A stretch of 63,839 nucleotides of DNA, filler included, from Intoshia linei (GCA_001642005.1; 4 parts of 4 records of this genome joined end to end with filler, not necessarily neighbours in it), one strand, 5' to 3'. Shown: positions 1 to 15,400, numbered from the whole stretch's first letter. Numbers and translations: made by a program. Notes: generated from the letters alone by a model not told the origin.

Positions 1-3000
1 AAAATTAACATTAAATTAATCTAAATTTTTAAAAATTTGAATTAATTAGTGAAATTTCCACCAATGTTACGATATACCACCGGTGGGCCGGTTTTTTGTA
101 ATATCATAATAGGGATCCACAGCGAAAAAGAGTTGAGAATGCCTAATATACATAATGGACTGTATTTGAAACGATGCCATTATTTTTGTATTTGTTTAAT
201 TTTATTCACATAATGCCAATTTATACATTTTTTTATATATTATAAGAATCAATAATTCTACATAGCTTATTTTCAGATTATTATTAGAAAAAAATTGGTT
301 GAACTGTATTTATTAATCAATCATTTATTTTTTTTATTGGTGTGCCGCGAAATTTTTTGAGATTATTGAAATATGAGTCACCAACCAATAATGGTTGGAA
401 AGCACTGGATTGTATGTAAAGCTTTTAATTTTGAACAGAAAAAGCTTTAATATAATTATAATGCTAGTAGTCATTTTAAATTAAAATTTACGGAATGTTT
501 GTTCTTGAGAAAATTCACTATCCGTTAATCTATCTATTATCTAGGAATTCCGTTACATTGGAATTAGCCTGTATTAAATTTAATATTCAATCGAATAATT
601 TATCCATAAAATTTTCATCGTCTGCCCACGCTAATACGCATATAATCAAATTTTAAATATTATTAATATTTATTTACTTCATGGACTTCCAGCTTCAGCT
701 TTGGACCCAAGGGGTCCTGAAATCTATATCTGTATCCACTGATATACTATCACTATGGCACACTATCACACTTTTTATATGTTGAATTAGATGTTGCATT
801 TAAAGAGGTTGAGTACTTGTATATGGGTTAATCATTTTGACTTTAATGATAATCGACTATACTTACTTTTTGATGTGACATTTAAGAACATAACCTACTC
901 TTTTTACTTTTAAATGTGTTTTTAAATTCTTAAAATCCCCATAATTATAAATGATATTGATTCTTATCCATTTATATTTATTTATGACCGAATTAAAATT
1001 GATTTAATTAACCAGATTGAATATATTAAATTGTACATAGTACATTTTTTATAAAAAATAGAATCATAAAGATAATCTAAAACATAATAAAAAGGCATAC
1101 ATGTATTTAGTTTTAGGAAATTCTATTTGTCGGGTTATATAAACTGCTAGAAAGAGAAAATAGTTAATGAAATAAGAATTAATTTTTTTCTAACAAAAAT
1201 GATGTAAACTAAAATTAATGTATAATAAATTAAAATAAAGTATTAATCGTTTCACAGTCTAAATAAATTTTGTGATTTTCACTACACGTCGACAATTCAA
1301 TTTGAATTTAATCCATATAAAATGATTTAATATTAAAAATAAAAATAATCATTCTTATTAAATATTTAAAAAAGGACCGAAAAAATATAGTGAAAGGGTT
1401 CAATATAAAGTCATATTTTAAAGGTTAATTTCATTTTAATTCAAAACCCAAATTACAATAATATAGTTTAATAATATAATTACAACAATAAATTGTAATA
1501 TTATTGATATATAATTATAATAAAATGTGTAAATTTAGTAATTTTGTGTTATTAACAAATTGGGTAAAATCGGTTAAAATCATTGCGAATGTAAAATTGA
1601 ATGAATGAATAAAAAGTTAAATTGATTTGATATTAGTAGGTATATCGATTATGGAATTTAATTAGACAATTGTATTTAAAATGAACGACAAACCAAAAAA
1701 TGTGAATGCATTTTTATAAAAAACGTCAATATCAAAAAACGGATTAATATTGACCAATATTGAGCAATCTAAAAATAAGTGTGTCAAATTTTTAAATTTT
1801 GTTATTTCCACAACCAACTTTCTATGAGTCTATATTACTATATTAGAATTTTGCAAAAATTATGGAAAAAGGTTACTAGATTGGCTTATTACTCGTATAT
1901 CATTATGTGATAATCAATAATGTAAATATTCAATTTAAAGTTTCAATTTGTTACAAAATTTCTATATTGGAATTTTTCAGCTAATCTATAATGCTTATGA
2001 TTTGAAATATTAAAATTTCAAAAATTGGGAAAAATTGAAATTGTTTAAAAAGGATAAGGTACATTTTTATATTGTATTTCAAAGGCAGTTGAATTTGTTG
2101 ACGTTTAATGTTGAAAATTAATAAACGTATATTAAAAATATAATTCTCAAGATGAGAATTGCCCAATGACCATGTTATAACAATGTGAGATAGCGAAAAT
2201 TATTTACTGTGTTGGAAAGTTGAGTGACCAGTTTGATTAAGATTTGTTGGACGTCAAATTGATAATTTTTTAAATTTGTATTTCATTGATGAATTGCATA
2301 ATATTATTTACAATTTACGACGTACATACTTAATAATTTAAAGTTATTAGCTATTTTACTGTAGATCAAAATCTTTTTAAATTAGCTAATATTAGATTTA
2401 TGTTCGTTTGAATGTAATTTAAATAAAATTTATTGTATACACGTATTTTAAAATCAAAATAATATTTTATGTGTCACAATATCCATTATATTTCAATGTA
2501 ATCTACTTTATCTTCAATGTTACATACACTTATAATGTTTTCAACACGAATCATTACAAATATATATTATTTATTTCAAATTTTATCATTCATTCAGAAT
2601 TTTATTGATATATTATAGAAACAATAATCTCATAAATAAAAGGTATATTATTCTTTATTCTATGTATAAGCGTAGAAGGTGTTTCTTGGTCCATGGAGAG
2701 AGTATGGGTTAAGGCCATTGGTCATATTACCTATTGACTATATTACTGGGGATGCTATTCAAAATTAATGCGTAATTTGCAACAATTCCTTAGTTATCTT
2801 GTATTAAAAATAGGTTTATATATATTAAGTAGAATAAGCTGTATCAGATTAAACTTTTTTTTCATTTTAGGACCTTATTTAATTATTTAAAACTTTTTGT
2901 AAACTGTATAAATAAAAGAATTTCGAAATAAAAAAAATGAATACTAAAGAGTTTTTTTACCATGAAGGCGTCACTTTGTCAGATTAAAATTTTTTGTGTG

Positions 3001-3491
3001 TGTTCACTGGATATAACTGTATCAGCTGTAATTTTTTTGTAATTATAGTATTATTTTCATTTTTTAAAACAGGGTAATCTGGGGGTTTAGTCATAAAAAT
3101 AGCCTTTTGGATGTTGCCATTTATCATAATGCTTATAATTTTAAAAATTATCCCAGAATTTATTTTTTCAATAAAAATAAGACATGTTTCATTTTTAAAA
3201 CAAAGAATAATTTGTGGTTTTGACTATGAAGGTATGCGTTTCTGAGGTTGAGATTTTTGAAATTATTGATCATTTTAAAACGCGTCCCAGAAAGTATGTT
3301 TTATTCAATTTGTGAGGTAATTTTTTTTAAACAATACGAAATATTGTGTTTTTGAACACGATCAACTCAACTACAGAAACTAAAAAATAAATATAAACAC
3401 GAACTGCGAAAAACTGCATTAGAAACTGAATTTTTTAATTACAGGGTAACACACACATACATTCAATTTTATATAAGTAAAGGATATATGT

Positions 3492-4266
3492 CAGTGATGG
3501 CAAAGTACGTGTTTGCGTGTATAAAATAAACACTTGAAAAAATATATAAGTTGACTTTAAATAAAAAAATCCTCTGGTTGGATTTCATTGCATTATACAC
3601 CAAGAAGTACTCTGCTCTAAAACCGCTCTGAGTCACTTAAATATGGTTGTTATCACTATCACTGTAACGAAAATCATTAATTACATCCAAGCACGCGACT
3701 CACACAAAAGAGAATTCACTTTGATGTTAAAGAAAGTAAAATCAAGTTGTAATGGACTGCTTATGTACAGCAATATCAAAGGCTCAGTAGAGGTAAAGTT
3801 TTTGGGCGCTTTGTGGAATGCTTATCAAAAATTAAAACATTTTTAAGATATAAAGATAACACTCAATTAGATAATAACGATTGGATTGTTAGTCTTATGT
3901 TTTATACTGACCTTTTCTTGCATTTAAATGAACTTAACCTTAAATTTTAAGAGTATGGGAAAACTTGTTGTAATGTTTAGTATTATTAATACATTTGTCT
4001 GTAAACTATCAATATTCTATCGTAATATAGAAAATAAAGATTACAAATATTTCCATAAATTGAAAAAATTCATAAGAGAATCAATTTTTTAAATCTAAAT
4101 AAATGTAAAAATTATTTTTTTTAACTTATTTTCCATCATCAAGTTGTTTGACTTAATTGACGGTTTGGATTGATCTAAAATTTTTTTAATAAAAACATAC
4201 TAGAAAAAAATTTCTGAAAATAATATTAAATTTAACACATTTAGTTTTAGTTGGCTGCCATCACTA
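3492..4266 (+). mobile_element. Internally deleted hAT (Buster/Charlie, GTF2IRD2/ZBED-like) DNA transposon with decayed transposase
   Basis: TIR CAGTGATGGC at 3492 and GCCATCACTA ending 4266; partial 8-bp TSD (atatatgt/atatatta). Frameshifted translation contains HCIIHQE (CxxH), WLSRGK and DLFLHLNELNLK motifs of Buster transposases. Confidence 0.8.
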
Positions 4267-6863
4267 ATATATTAACACAACGCCTTTTGTCACAGCATAA
4301 CACTTCAACGTATTTACCGTTTTTTACCATATTTTAATTTTATAAAAGAAGAGGCTTAAAATTTTAGGGTAGCCAAGAAGTAACTCCATAGATTAAATTT
4401 ATCTTTAATATTTTAATAAAGATTAAGACTCCTTACCTTGCCCAACCGTTTTTCTAAAATTTTTCATTTTAACTTAATTATAAAAGTGTTTTTAATTGAT
4501 TTAACCAAGACAATACTGAGGATCTACTATTCTAAATGAATAGGTAACGTTGAAAAATTTTTTGGTTGTGTAAAAATTATCTTATATTGATATGTATGGA
4601 TCATGCCAAGCTGTGCTGTGTATATAGTCCGATCAGGGAACACAATACTAGGGCTAATTTTTGGGGTTTATTTATACATATATTTTGTATCTTTTACTTG
4701 TATAAAATTGAATGTCGGTGTGTGTGTTTGTGTTAACGTTTTACTGTTTATTTATTTGAAAAATTGTCAGTCGTAGAATTTAACAAACTTCAATTTCTAA
4801 TTTTTAAATCCAGTTTTTCCCAGGGCGTGTTTATATCCATCTTTCCATTTTCAAATTTGAGTGCTTCAGGCTCAAAACACAATTTTCCTTTTGTTCACAA
4901 AAATAATCAGCCTATATATTACTTTATATTATGTAATAATAATATAATATAATATGTTATAATATGTAACGCGTTTTAAAATAATTAACTTTTTGGTAAA
5001 TCTCAGCTTCAGTTATATCCAGTGAACACACACAAAAAATATGAATCTGAGTAAATGATGCCTTCACCGTAAAAAAAGCACTTTGGATTAATTTTTTTTT
5101 ATTATGAAACTATTTTACATATGTACCAGAATTTTACTATATTACATGTACAATGTACATTATTGTATAATAAATTTATTGTATTAAAAAAAATTTTAAA
5201 TAATAACCGTCCTACAATTAATTAAAAAAATTATTCTTATACAGCTTATTCCAGTTGATATAAATATTGTGCAAATGTGCATTGAGCAAAATTTTGTAAA
5301 AATTAATATTTAATTTTTAAAAACTTACTGTAAAAATCAACAATATTACTGTTAAATTTAAAAAATAATACTATCAATTTGTGTTAAATGTTACTGCTAC
5401 TTTTATAAATCTACTGCTAATTTATTATTTCTACTGCTAGTTTAAGTAAATGAGCTGCTATTTTAAATTAAACTGTATAATATTCTACGTAATATTTATT
5501 TGTGTGTGTGTTTCACTTTATTTCAATAACTACCAGTCTTAGAATTTTATAAAGTCCACATTTCAATTCGTTTATTTCAATAACTACCAGTCTTAGAATT
5601 TTATAAAGTCCACATTTCAATTACAGTTTTTTCCAGGTTGGCCACTCCTGCTATATAAGATCCTACCATTTTTATCTGACTCTTGTCTCTCTATGGCCCT
5701 GGCTACAACCAAATTAATTCCAATATTCAGATACACACAAAATAAATAAATATAATTTGTTTAATCAGTTTATATTACTAATAAAAGTAGACATCAATAC
5801 CAGTATGTATATGAATTTTTAAATAATAATTACTAAAGAATTACATTTACCTCACATCAATTTTATAATATACAGGTTTATTTATTATTTATTGTTAATA
5901 ATAATTCAAAATACCATTCCGACTAGACATGAACGTTCCAGTTTTTTTTAAAACGTTGACTACATCCGTTTATCTCAATCACTTTAAGACAGCATTTATC
6001 AACTGGGGCCGCTGCCGCTCAAGGGTCGCGAGAATTGAAATTTTTTATATTGACATATTTACATTTGTTTATGTATAGTATACATTGTATATTGAATAGG
6101 GACAAAATATTAAGTAGATTAACTGTAATTTAGCCGAATTTTAAAATATAAAAATGATATAGAAAGTGTGAATTAGCGATTAATAAATATCATTGAAAAA
6201 TTATTTATTAATTAGCTAATTCGAATTTGATGGAAAATTAAAATAAGTTATTTTTATTGCGATACTTGAATAGGGACAAAAATAAAAACAGTTAATAAGT
6301 ATACATATTTAATTTTACAAACTGAAATTTAACTGGATGTTAAACCAAAAATGTGGTTCATTAAAATTTTTAATTAAGAAAATCTTTAATATGGTATTTT
6401 TTTCCCATTGGATTTTGCTAGTTCAAACATTCTAATACGTATTATATATATTATAATATTCTAATACGACTAACCCATAGAATGTGTACATTTCACAGTT
6501 TTACACATTCTATATATCATATACATTCTTATTATAAAATATAAAACATTTTATCAAATAAATAACATAAAATTAATAATACAAAACAACTAAATATAGT
6601 AAAAAAATTAATAACGGTGGAATAGCGCAATAAACACCACCGCAGTTATGGTCCATAACTTATGGATCCTTTAAATCAGGGGTTCCCAAAGTGGGATATC
6701 GACCCAGGGGGCGATTTTATAAAATAAAATATACTACTAGTATTTAATATAATATAAAGTGAGGCGTTGATAAATTTTTTGGTTGTAAAGGGAGATTTTA
6801 TAGCAAGTTTAGGAATGACTGAGATAAAAGTGGCATAGTAATAAATATATAATAACACAGTAA

Positions 6864-7188
6864 TCCTTACTTACTTGTATATAATTATATAATAATATAA
6901 TACATGTATGCTACGCAATATTTGTTTGTGTGTGTGTGTTCTACTTTATTTCAATAACTACTAGTCTTAGAATTTTATAAAGGCCAAATTTCAATTACAG
7001 TTTTTTCCGGGATATAATAAGATAAATTTCAACCTCTCAAACTCACATCTTACGAGTCAAAAACCCCAATTATCCTTTTTTTTGAAAATCAAACGAGTTG
7101 GAGAATTTAAAAAAATATATACGCTGATACGGATTTTAAAATCATAAACATTATCATAGTATGTTAATAATTTTATTCATACTACTTC
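6864..7188 (+). mobile_element. Non-autonomous Helitron-like repeat, 5' part
   Basis: Starts A|TCCTTACT, then a (GT)n tract and the family core tttatttcaataactaccagtcttagaattttataaag; interrupted by N at 7189. Confidence 0.65.
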
Positions 7189-8103
7189 GNAGATTAAAAA
7201 TAATCCTAATATTACTTGATGTTTATATGAAATGTTTTTAAAAATAATTAATTCAATTTATTAAATATAAAATTTATAACTGGAAACACGATATTTGACA
7301 CAGAAATCATTGATAACTAGTCAATAATTTTGTTTTCTAAAAATCTTAAAAACCCCTCTTGAAAGTTTGGTTCAAAAAAAATCGCAATTAAATTATTTGA
7401 TATGAATTAAATCAAAGTTTTACACATTCTACGACTTGCCAAGTTTAAAAAACCACGCTATTTAAATATACTATTATTGATACAGCTGTACAGTATACAC
7501 AGTACACCTTATGCTTTGAAAAAGTAACGAAAATTACACTAGTTAAGACTGCAATTATCTACTCTGATTTCCATTTAAAATTGTTTTAAAATAAGAAATT
7601 TAATTTTATGTTTGATTGTAGAGCGTTAATATTGATAATTTGGATACAATTTGTTAATAAGTTGCAATGTAAAAAACCATTTATGATAGGTAAATTTTCA
7701 AACATTTATTTTTTGTATATTATTATGCAATATGTACAATATTTATATGCATAACTGTCATCATAATACAAATATTATAATACGACGTATACATTTTTGC
7801 AACGTTTATACAATGTAGTAGTTTGTAGTGAAATTTAATTCATTGTGTAGTTCGGAAAACTTTTTCCAGAAGAAATCCACTTTTTCTAATTTTTTTTTGC
7901 AATTTTACCAAACTTAAGAGAAAATCCCCTTTTTTTCATATTTTTTTAAAAAATACAATTTTACTAAATCCATGAGAAAAAACTAACACTTAATCTTAAA
8001 TACTTAATCTAAACCCAAAAACCCATAATATAATTAAGGAAAACCGAACTTGTAGAAATTTTAAATATTTTTAAATCAAATTTGAATAATAAAATTAAAA
8101 ACA

Positions 8104-8520
8104 TCCTTACTTATATAATCATAGCATATTATAATATACTATGCAATATTTGTTTGTGTTATCGTTTATTTCAATAACTACCAGTCTTAGAATTTTATAA
8201 AGTCCACATTTCAATTACAGCTTTTTCCGGGACATATAATAAGATAAATTTTAACCTCCCAAACTCACATATTACGGGTCAAAAACCCCAATTGTCTATT
8301 TTTTTAAAAATCAAACAAGTTGGAGAATTTAAAAAAATATATACGCTGATATAGATTTTAAAATCATAAACATTATCATAAATTTAAATTGACAAAAATT
8401 ATATATCTTCAGGGCCAAAACCACAAATAACCCCTTTTTATATGAAAACAGCCCTAGAATTTAAAAAAATTTACTGGTGGTACAGTTGTATCCTGTTAAC
8501 ACACACAAAAATTTTTAAAT
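8104..8520 (+). mobile_element. Non-autonomous Helitron-like repeat copy
   Basis: A|TCCTTACTTATATAA start; near-identical to 6864-7188 and to the reverse complement of 43650-43872. Right boundary approximate. Confidence 0.65.
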
Positions 8521-8870
8521 ATTAAAGTTTCAACATTCCATTTGCATACTTTTTGTTATACTACCTCACTTTTTGATAAAAGCGTGTTTATATGTATTGT
8601 TTATTATGTATTTAGGTTTTTGACATTTGAGCTTTTTCGATTATTAGCTTTTATAAAATTTCATGTAAAAAAATCAAACTATCTAAGGGTTAAATAAGTT
8701 TAAACTTTTTTTGTTGCACTGTATATGACATATAGCATATGTCAAAAATTCGTACTTCTGGTCATTTTAAAACCTAATAAATCATAATAAAGATCACTTA
8801 TTTTAAAAAGATAAAATAGTAACTAGGTCAATTTGTTCAAAATAGAAAGATATTTTATATTAAAATTCAC

Positions 8871-9969
8871 CTGCATCATATAATTCAATCTAGCCAAACT
8901 TTCAATGAATATGTCGACACCTTTATTTGAAAATTCATTTCTACCCGCAGAGAAAAAGTATAGGGTTTTATTTAAATTGAAATCGTAATGACTAAATCAA
9001 TTTTAAGTACGTTATACTAATATAATTAAAACTTTAATAATAATACTAATTACCCATAAAAATGACCTTTAACAAATTCGTGTATTTTTTCTTTGTACAT
9101 TGAATGTTGTATTTGAAATTCATGGGCAACTTCAAACCGCTTAATCGACAGTCCATTCGGTGTGATTACATCTAAAATTTTAAAATATAATTTCTCATTC
9201 AACTAAAATGAAATTTCATACCAGGCTCTCGTTTCAATAAATGTTTTACTTCTAGAGCGGTTATTTCCGAAACTGTGGTGAGAACATGAGCGCAATGTGC
9301 TGAAACACGTTCTATACAATATCGGTGATATATATTTCGTTGGCCAGCTTCATAATCAAGATTATACTATGAAAGAAAATTTATTCAAATTAATTAAAAA
9401 GATGGAGTTTAGACACTAGCAGTAGCAAACACTATATATAATTATTATAAATAAAATATTAATTTCAAAGCAGTAAATTTAAATTTAAATGAAATTTGAA
9501 AATCGTTAGTTACAAAACTTTTTGAAAAATTTAATAAACAGATTGTAAAAATTGAATATAAAAACCCAAGTGTATTAACTCTGCATTTAAAAAATATACC
9601 TTATCCATGTTATTGTAAAAATCAGTTTTTCCAGAGGCACACAAATATCTACCAAGTAATGTAGCATGAGTAGTAAATATGGTGGCTACATTCACTTTAT
9701 TTATTCGCATATACAATACACCCAGTCCTGCCTGCCATTCATGATAATGTGCAACAATGTATTTTATGTCATTGATATTTAAATGGTTATTGGTAATGTT
9801 ATTATTTAATGAGTTTGATGTACTACTTATAGACATGTCAATTTTTTCTTTTTGGTGATATATAGGATTTTTTATATTTTGTTCGAATAATTCTATGAAC
9901 CACGATGCAGTAAAACCAAATATTAAAGCATCGTTAGCTTCTCTGTCTTCATAAGGTATTCCAATATTA
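8871..9969 (-). CDS. GYS: Glycogen synthase, four central exons only (9969-9600, about 9367-9222, 9171-9054, 8991-8871)
   Basis: Spliced translation gives [59 protein letters not shown] and [29 protein letters not shown]; GT-AG introns. N- and C-terminal exons not found in the window. Confidence 0.93.
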
Positions 9970-10380
9970 CTAATATTAAATTGTAATTAAAGTTTTAATT
10001 TTAATATATTAAATTTTTAACGCTTAGAATATTAAAATATAGTACTCATCCAAATAACCCAAAATTTCTTAACCGGGGACTAATTTTCTAGAAAAATATC
10101 TTTATTTTTTATATTTTTACAAAAAAATTTAATAAATAAATGAATCATAAATTGAAATGAAATATGAAACTAGCTTAACTATTACACTGTTTGACATTGA
10201 AAAATTGATCTCAGATAAAATTATATATTAATAATACTTATTTTTTCACAGTTACTATGATATGCTTCGTATCAAATATACCGCTCGCAATCGGGAATAA
10301 TTCCACTAATCCTTTTTACATAATAGGATTATGTTGCCTATGATATTTACTTAATATAATTTTATTTATTTAAAGTTAAA

Positions 10381-10815
10381 AAATAAAAAATACGAATTTT
10401 CTGAAAACTGGCTGAACTTATACCATTTAAAATATGAATGCATTGTGGAATTAAATGATTGGACACCTTGCTTTATGTGTTCAAGCTGTCATGCGTCTTT
10501 ATACCAACAAAATAATAAATTTGCGAAGCCTAGAATATGGAAAAAACCTAGATGTGATTTTGATTTTTATTGCAGTTGTAAATCAATACCTAAAAATAAT
10601 TGCAAAAATTGGTCCAAATATCCTGATCTACCATCATCGACAATTCCAATTTCTCGAAAATTTATCGTGGAGACTAATCCATCAGATGCAATGGATGAAT
10701 CATCGCAATCACCAATTGAATCTAGTTCGGAGTTTGAACTTTCTCAGAATTCTCAAAATGTTTTAAACCAATCTCAATTGGATGAAATAATTGTTTCAAT
10801 GAGATTGACAAAAGA
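10381..10815 (+). mobile_element. Chapaev3-like (CMC) transposase N-terminal zinc-finger remnant
   Basis: WTPCFMCSSC..FAKPRIWKKP..DFYCSC..YPDLPS..NQSQLDEIIVSMRLTK follows the WAPHxxCxxC..FAVPMIWREP..DCYFC..YPNLPS..SQxELNDLVRDL pattern I associate with Chapaev3; cut by N at 10816. Confidence 0.55.
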
Positions 10816-12493
10816 NTATATATTATAATATGCTATGCAATATTTGTTTGTGTGTGTGTTACCGTTTATTTTAATAACTACCAGTCTTAGAATTTTATAA
10901 AGTCCACATTTCAATTACAGTTTTTTCCGGGTCTTAGCAAAATTAATTTCAAACTCACATCTTACGGGTTAAAAACCCCAATTGTCTTTTGTCCTTGACA
11001 TAATACACGGTCCTACAATTAAAAAAACTAACTTTTTTATTAATTTATTAGGTAATATATAAAATTTACAAATCATTGAAAAACAATTTATCCTTACTAA
11101 TATAAAGTAATGGTTAAAAATCTATGTATGTTTATTTGTTCCAGTTTATTTAAGAAAGTAAGAGGAGTCGAGTTTTACAATTCTTAGAGGAAATTTCCTA
11201 AAAACCCACCTTGAAAGTTTGGTTCAAAAAAAATTTCTAAAATTCAAAATTAAACTAAAATATAAATGAAAGTTTTACACATTTTACGACTAACTCGTGG
11301 AATGTGTACATTTCACAGTTGTACAGTGTACAATGTACACATTCTATGCAACATATCATAAAATACACAGACGTGTGACTAGAAATTCCTGTGTATAGTA
11401 TAAAATACACAATAGTGAAAGGGTTAAATTAGATGGCGTTAATTAGAAATATTTATTATCATTGCGAAAATATCATTTTTCTCTTTATTTTATTTTTGTA
11501 AATAATTTAGCTATACAATTTTTCATGTATCCAAAAAACTGCTGTGGACCCCTTGTGTCCACATGGACCTCGTTGAGAATAGTTGGTGTAGACAACGCTA
11601 TGAGCTGTAATATTTTTAAAATTCGAGGATTTCATTTTTTAAAAAGCGAGTAATTTGAGATTTGATTGTGAAAATGCAGTTTTTTGGGATTGGTATTTAT
11701 CATGATGTTTATGATTTTAAAAACGTGCACAGATTTATGGTTTATAAAATTCTAGGACTTTTGATTATTAAAAATAATGTAATTTGTGTTTTTGACCCTT
11801 AAGGAATCAATATCGGAGAAAATTTGCTATACTGCATCACACCTGAAAAGCTGAATTAAAAAGGGGCTTTTTTTTGAATTTTAGCAAGTAAAATTTTCAA
11901 CTATTTTAATTACAATGTTCAAATTTTAATTTAATGAACGGTACCAGATAGACAAACACAGACAGACAGACATTCAATATTATACAAGCACTGTAAAGAA
12001 TTTGGTTTTATATTGTCACTTTTTCTCTACTATGTAAAAAGTATGCAATTGACGAGTCGTAACTTACGACACTGCCGAATTAAATATAATGACGCGGAAT
12101 AAACAGTTTATTCTAGTGGACGTCTGAAAAAAACTGGGGAAACTGACGTAATACCACTACATGAAATAATTATTTTATTCAGTTCTCTGAATTAATTTTT
12201 TTAGTTTGATTGTTCTTATTCCCAAGTGGTATTCAGATATTCCCGTTAGTTGGTGAAATGGCATAATTATCATCACCTGTTTCCGCCCAAAATTGAGCTC
12301 TAACGCGACTTAAAATAATGCTAGTCATGTATCCTCCTATAATTAAAATCAACCCAGATACGATAGTGATATACGAGTATAGCAAAACTAAAAAATATGT
12401 TAAGAGTTTATGAAAATAATTAAAGTGTAACTAATTCATAAAATTTATAAGTGACACAAAAATTCAACAAATTAATAAAGTTACAAAATACAT

Positions 12494-15400
12494 ATGGATT
12501 TTAAAGAAATTGATAAAATTTACAAATATCTGCATTGTGGTAGTGGTCTTTTGATGAAATCTAGAAAAAATGACATAAAACCGGCCCCAGTGACAATGTC
12601 ATCAAGAATGTACCCCAAAATTTTATACGACAGAGCCATTAGACTACAATCAATAATAAATGAATTATTTAATCAAATTTCTAAAGATTATACTTTTATA
12701 TTACATTCACACAAATCACTAGTTCAAAATGACAAGTTTTTACATTTTTTGGTTCAAATTTTTCAAAATTATTTCAATTTTGAATATAAAAAGGTAAAAA
12801 TTGAACTTAAATTAAATTAATGTATAAATAATACATTATGATTTAAAAATCTAGAGGTCAAGGATGCTAATTCTTCGCAGTGATTATTTGATACACCAAG
12901 ATGATGATAAACAAATTAGCTTAAAACAAGTAGAAATAAATACCATTGCATGCGCATTTATCGGACTTGGCTCCAAAATGAATCAATTTCATCAATATAT
13001 CTATGAAAATGTAAAAAAATTACCTAATTATGTTAAGGTACATTTAAATATTATATAGTAGGTGTTTGAAAACCAGTTGACTAATTCACGTGATCATCGA
13101 TCACCTCCAAAGATTAATAGGAACATAAGTATGTAATATATCAATTAGAGTTGATGTATGATGTAAAACTGGGATTTATACTTTTCAAAACGTATTTACA
13201 ATTGATATAATTTAAATTTAATAGACACAAAAAAATAATATAATGGATACTATTAAAGCGTTTAAAAATATTTGGGAATTGGAAAAATTTTTTGAAAATT
13301 CGGAAAAGTAATAATTTATCGTATTATCGCGTTTGCCAAACGGTACTCCACAAATAAATTTAAATGGATAATATAAGATGATGGATATTGTATATTACAT
13401 ATTCACATATAAAGTATTTATCATGAATCGTACATTAATTAGATGAGCCGAATGTACCGTAACCGAGACTTCTCTTCCAGGGCATGGCGAAATATTTGCA
13501 AAAAAGGGCCTCATTTTTCCATTGAACATTAGAAATTATATTCTTGAATATCATAACTACATTTTGTGTGTACAATTTAAAATTTAAAGTCAAGATCATT
13601 GAAGAGGTAACTAGGGCTATATGATACTACACATTGTTTGCTATTTTTTTTAGGTCCATTTTTTGTTTTGCGTGGTTTTAGCTTGTAGGTTCGGCTTTGT
13701 TGATAAGCATTATTGGGTTAGAAATTTTTTTCTTAACATGGTACTTATATTAGTATTACAAAACTTTTCAAAGATTGGGAATCGCTGATATGATACGTTA
13801 AATTATTGTTGGACATTATTATATTTAGAATATATTTGCTGGTATTTGTGTCGAGTAATGAACTAAACATTTTTGATCAATTTATTATTGAATCTGAGCT
13901 AGAAAAGATGAATATACCCACTATAAGATATTCGTTTGAAGAATTAGACAATTACGAATTAATCGAAAATAATGGTTACCTCGATTTATACGTGTAATTA
14001 ACATATATAATAGTAAATAATAAAAATGTACCCTCTAAAAATTAGAGACAACAAAAGAATCGGATTAATCTATTTTCGGAACGGTTATGATCCACAGCAT
14101 TTCAAAAAAGATAATGTAACTCATATCTGTTATTTTATTTAATTTTTACACTTTAATTATATAATAGTATAACGTTAATATATATTTTTATACAGTACTA
14201 CAAAATTTACCAAGACTTGCATTTAAATAGTTGTGTGAAAGTTCCCGATATAGGAGCTCAATTGTCGGGTAGTAAGAGAGTTACGCAGTTGTTATGTGAC
14301 GAATCCATACTATTTAATCATTTATATGATGCATATAATGATATAGATAGAGCTAGATCCGATGCAAGTATACTCAAGGAATCATTCATGGAACAATATG
14401 ATTTTATGGTATACACATGGTTGGCTAAGACTTAACCACACACTCCTACTGGCTATGTTGTAGTTTTTTATTTTTTTACATTTCCAAAAAAACCATTCAA
14501 ACTTTTTCCATCCTCACGTACAAAATTATATAAAACTCTTTGTCTGTCTATTATCGTTTATTTCAATTACTAAGAGTCTTAAATTTAAAAATTCCACATT
14601 TTTAGTTTATAGTTTTTACCGGGCGTGAATGTAAGAAAAATGTAAATCTCAGAAACTCACATCTTATCAATCAAAAATCAAAATTATCTTTTTTTTTGCA
14701 AATCAAACGAGTTTTAGTTTACAGATTTTAAAATCATAAATTGTATCATAAATTTAAATTTAAAAAAATGAAAATATTCCTAGAATTACAGTTCATATTG
14801 TTATCTCCAGTTAACACACACAAAAAACACACGGGATTTTTTTGCACTTTTATTTAAAAAAACTTTTACGGAAATTTTTAGATCATATTTTCAAAGGGGG
14901 TTTTTATGAAAATTTTTAAAAAAACCCAAGTCCTAGAATTTCAAAAAATATAGCATTTAATACTCTTTTTTTCAGTTAAATTATTAAAAAGTTTTAAAAC
15001 CTTTCATGTTCATAAAAGCAATTTACTGTTTACCCTCTTTTGGGAAATTATTTAATGAACACAAAAACAAAAAATTTGATATAATTAATGGTCCTAGAAT
15101 TTAATAATAAAAAATTGTCTTGACAAATTTGAAAACCATTACTTGAAAAGATTGGTTATATTGAATAGTGGCATTTATGTAAGATTATATTTTTTGGTGG
15201 AGGTAGAAAAATCCGCCCTTAGCACAGCTAGGAGATTTTTGTACAAAGTACAAACAGCCAACCTATTATAATATATTAACAATATGACAAACAGTAGATT
15301 TTAATTAATTAATTACAATTATAATTAAAAATTAATAGGACGAGGAACAAAACAAAGATTTATATCAAAAAATATTTGAGAATCCATATAAATATTATCT

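Noticed and set aside
1981-2166. 61-aa ORF and similar short I/F/K/N-rich ORFs (4764, 6676, 11462, 18809, 26657, 27792, 38201, 49386, 51496, 52279, 52630, 52938, 54098, 54973)
   Set aside because: No motifs; composition matches AT-rich background or repeat DNA.
5517-5622. About 53-bp direct repeat that also recurs around the window (CRISPR-like at first glance)
   Set aside because: Local tandem duplication of the Helitron core; no spacers or cas genes; eukaryotic context.
11413-11426. AGTGAAAGGG-TTAA, complementary to TTAA-CCCTTTCACT near 49910 (piggyBac-like ends)
   Set aside because: The ends face away from each other and no partner end or transposase could be assigned.
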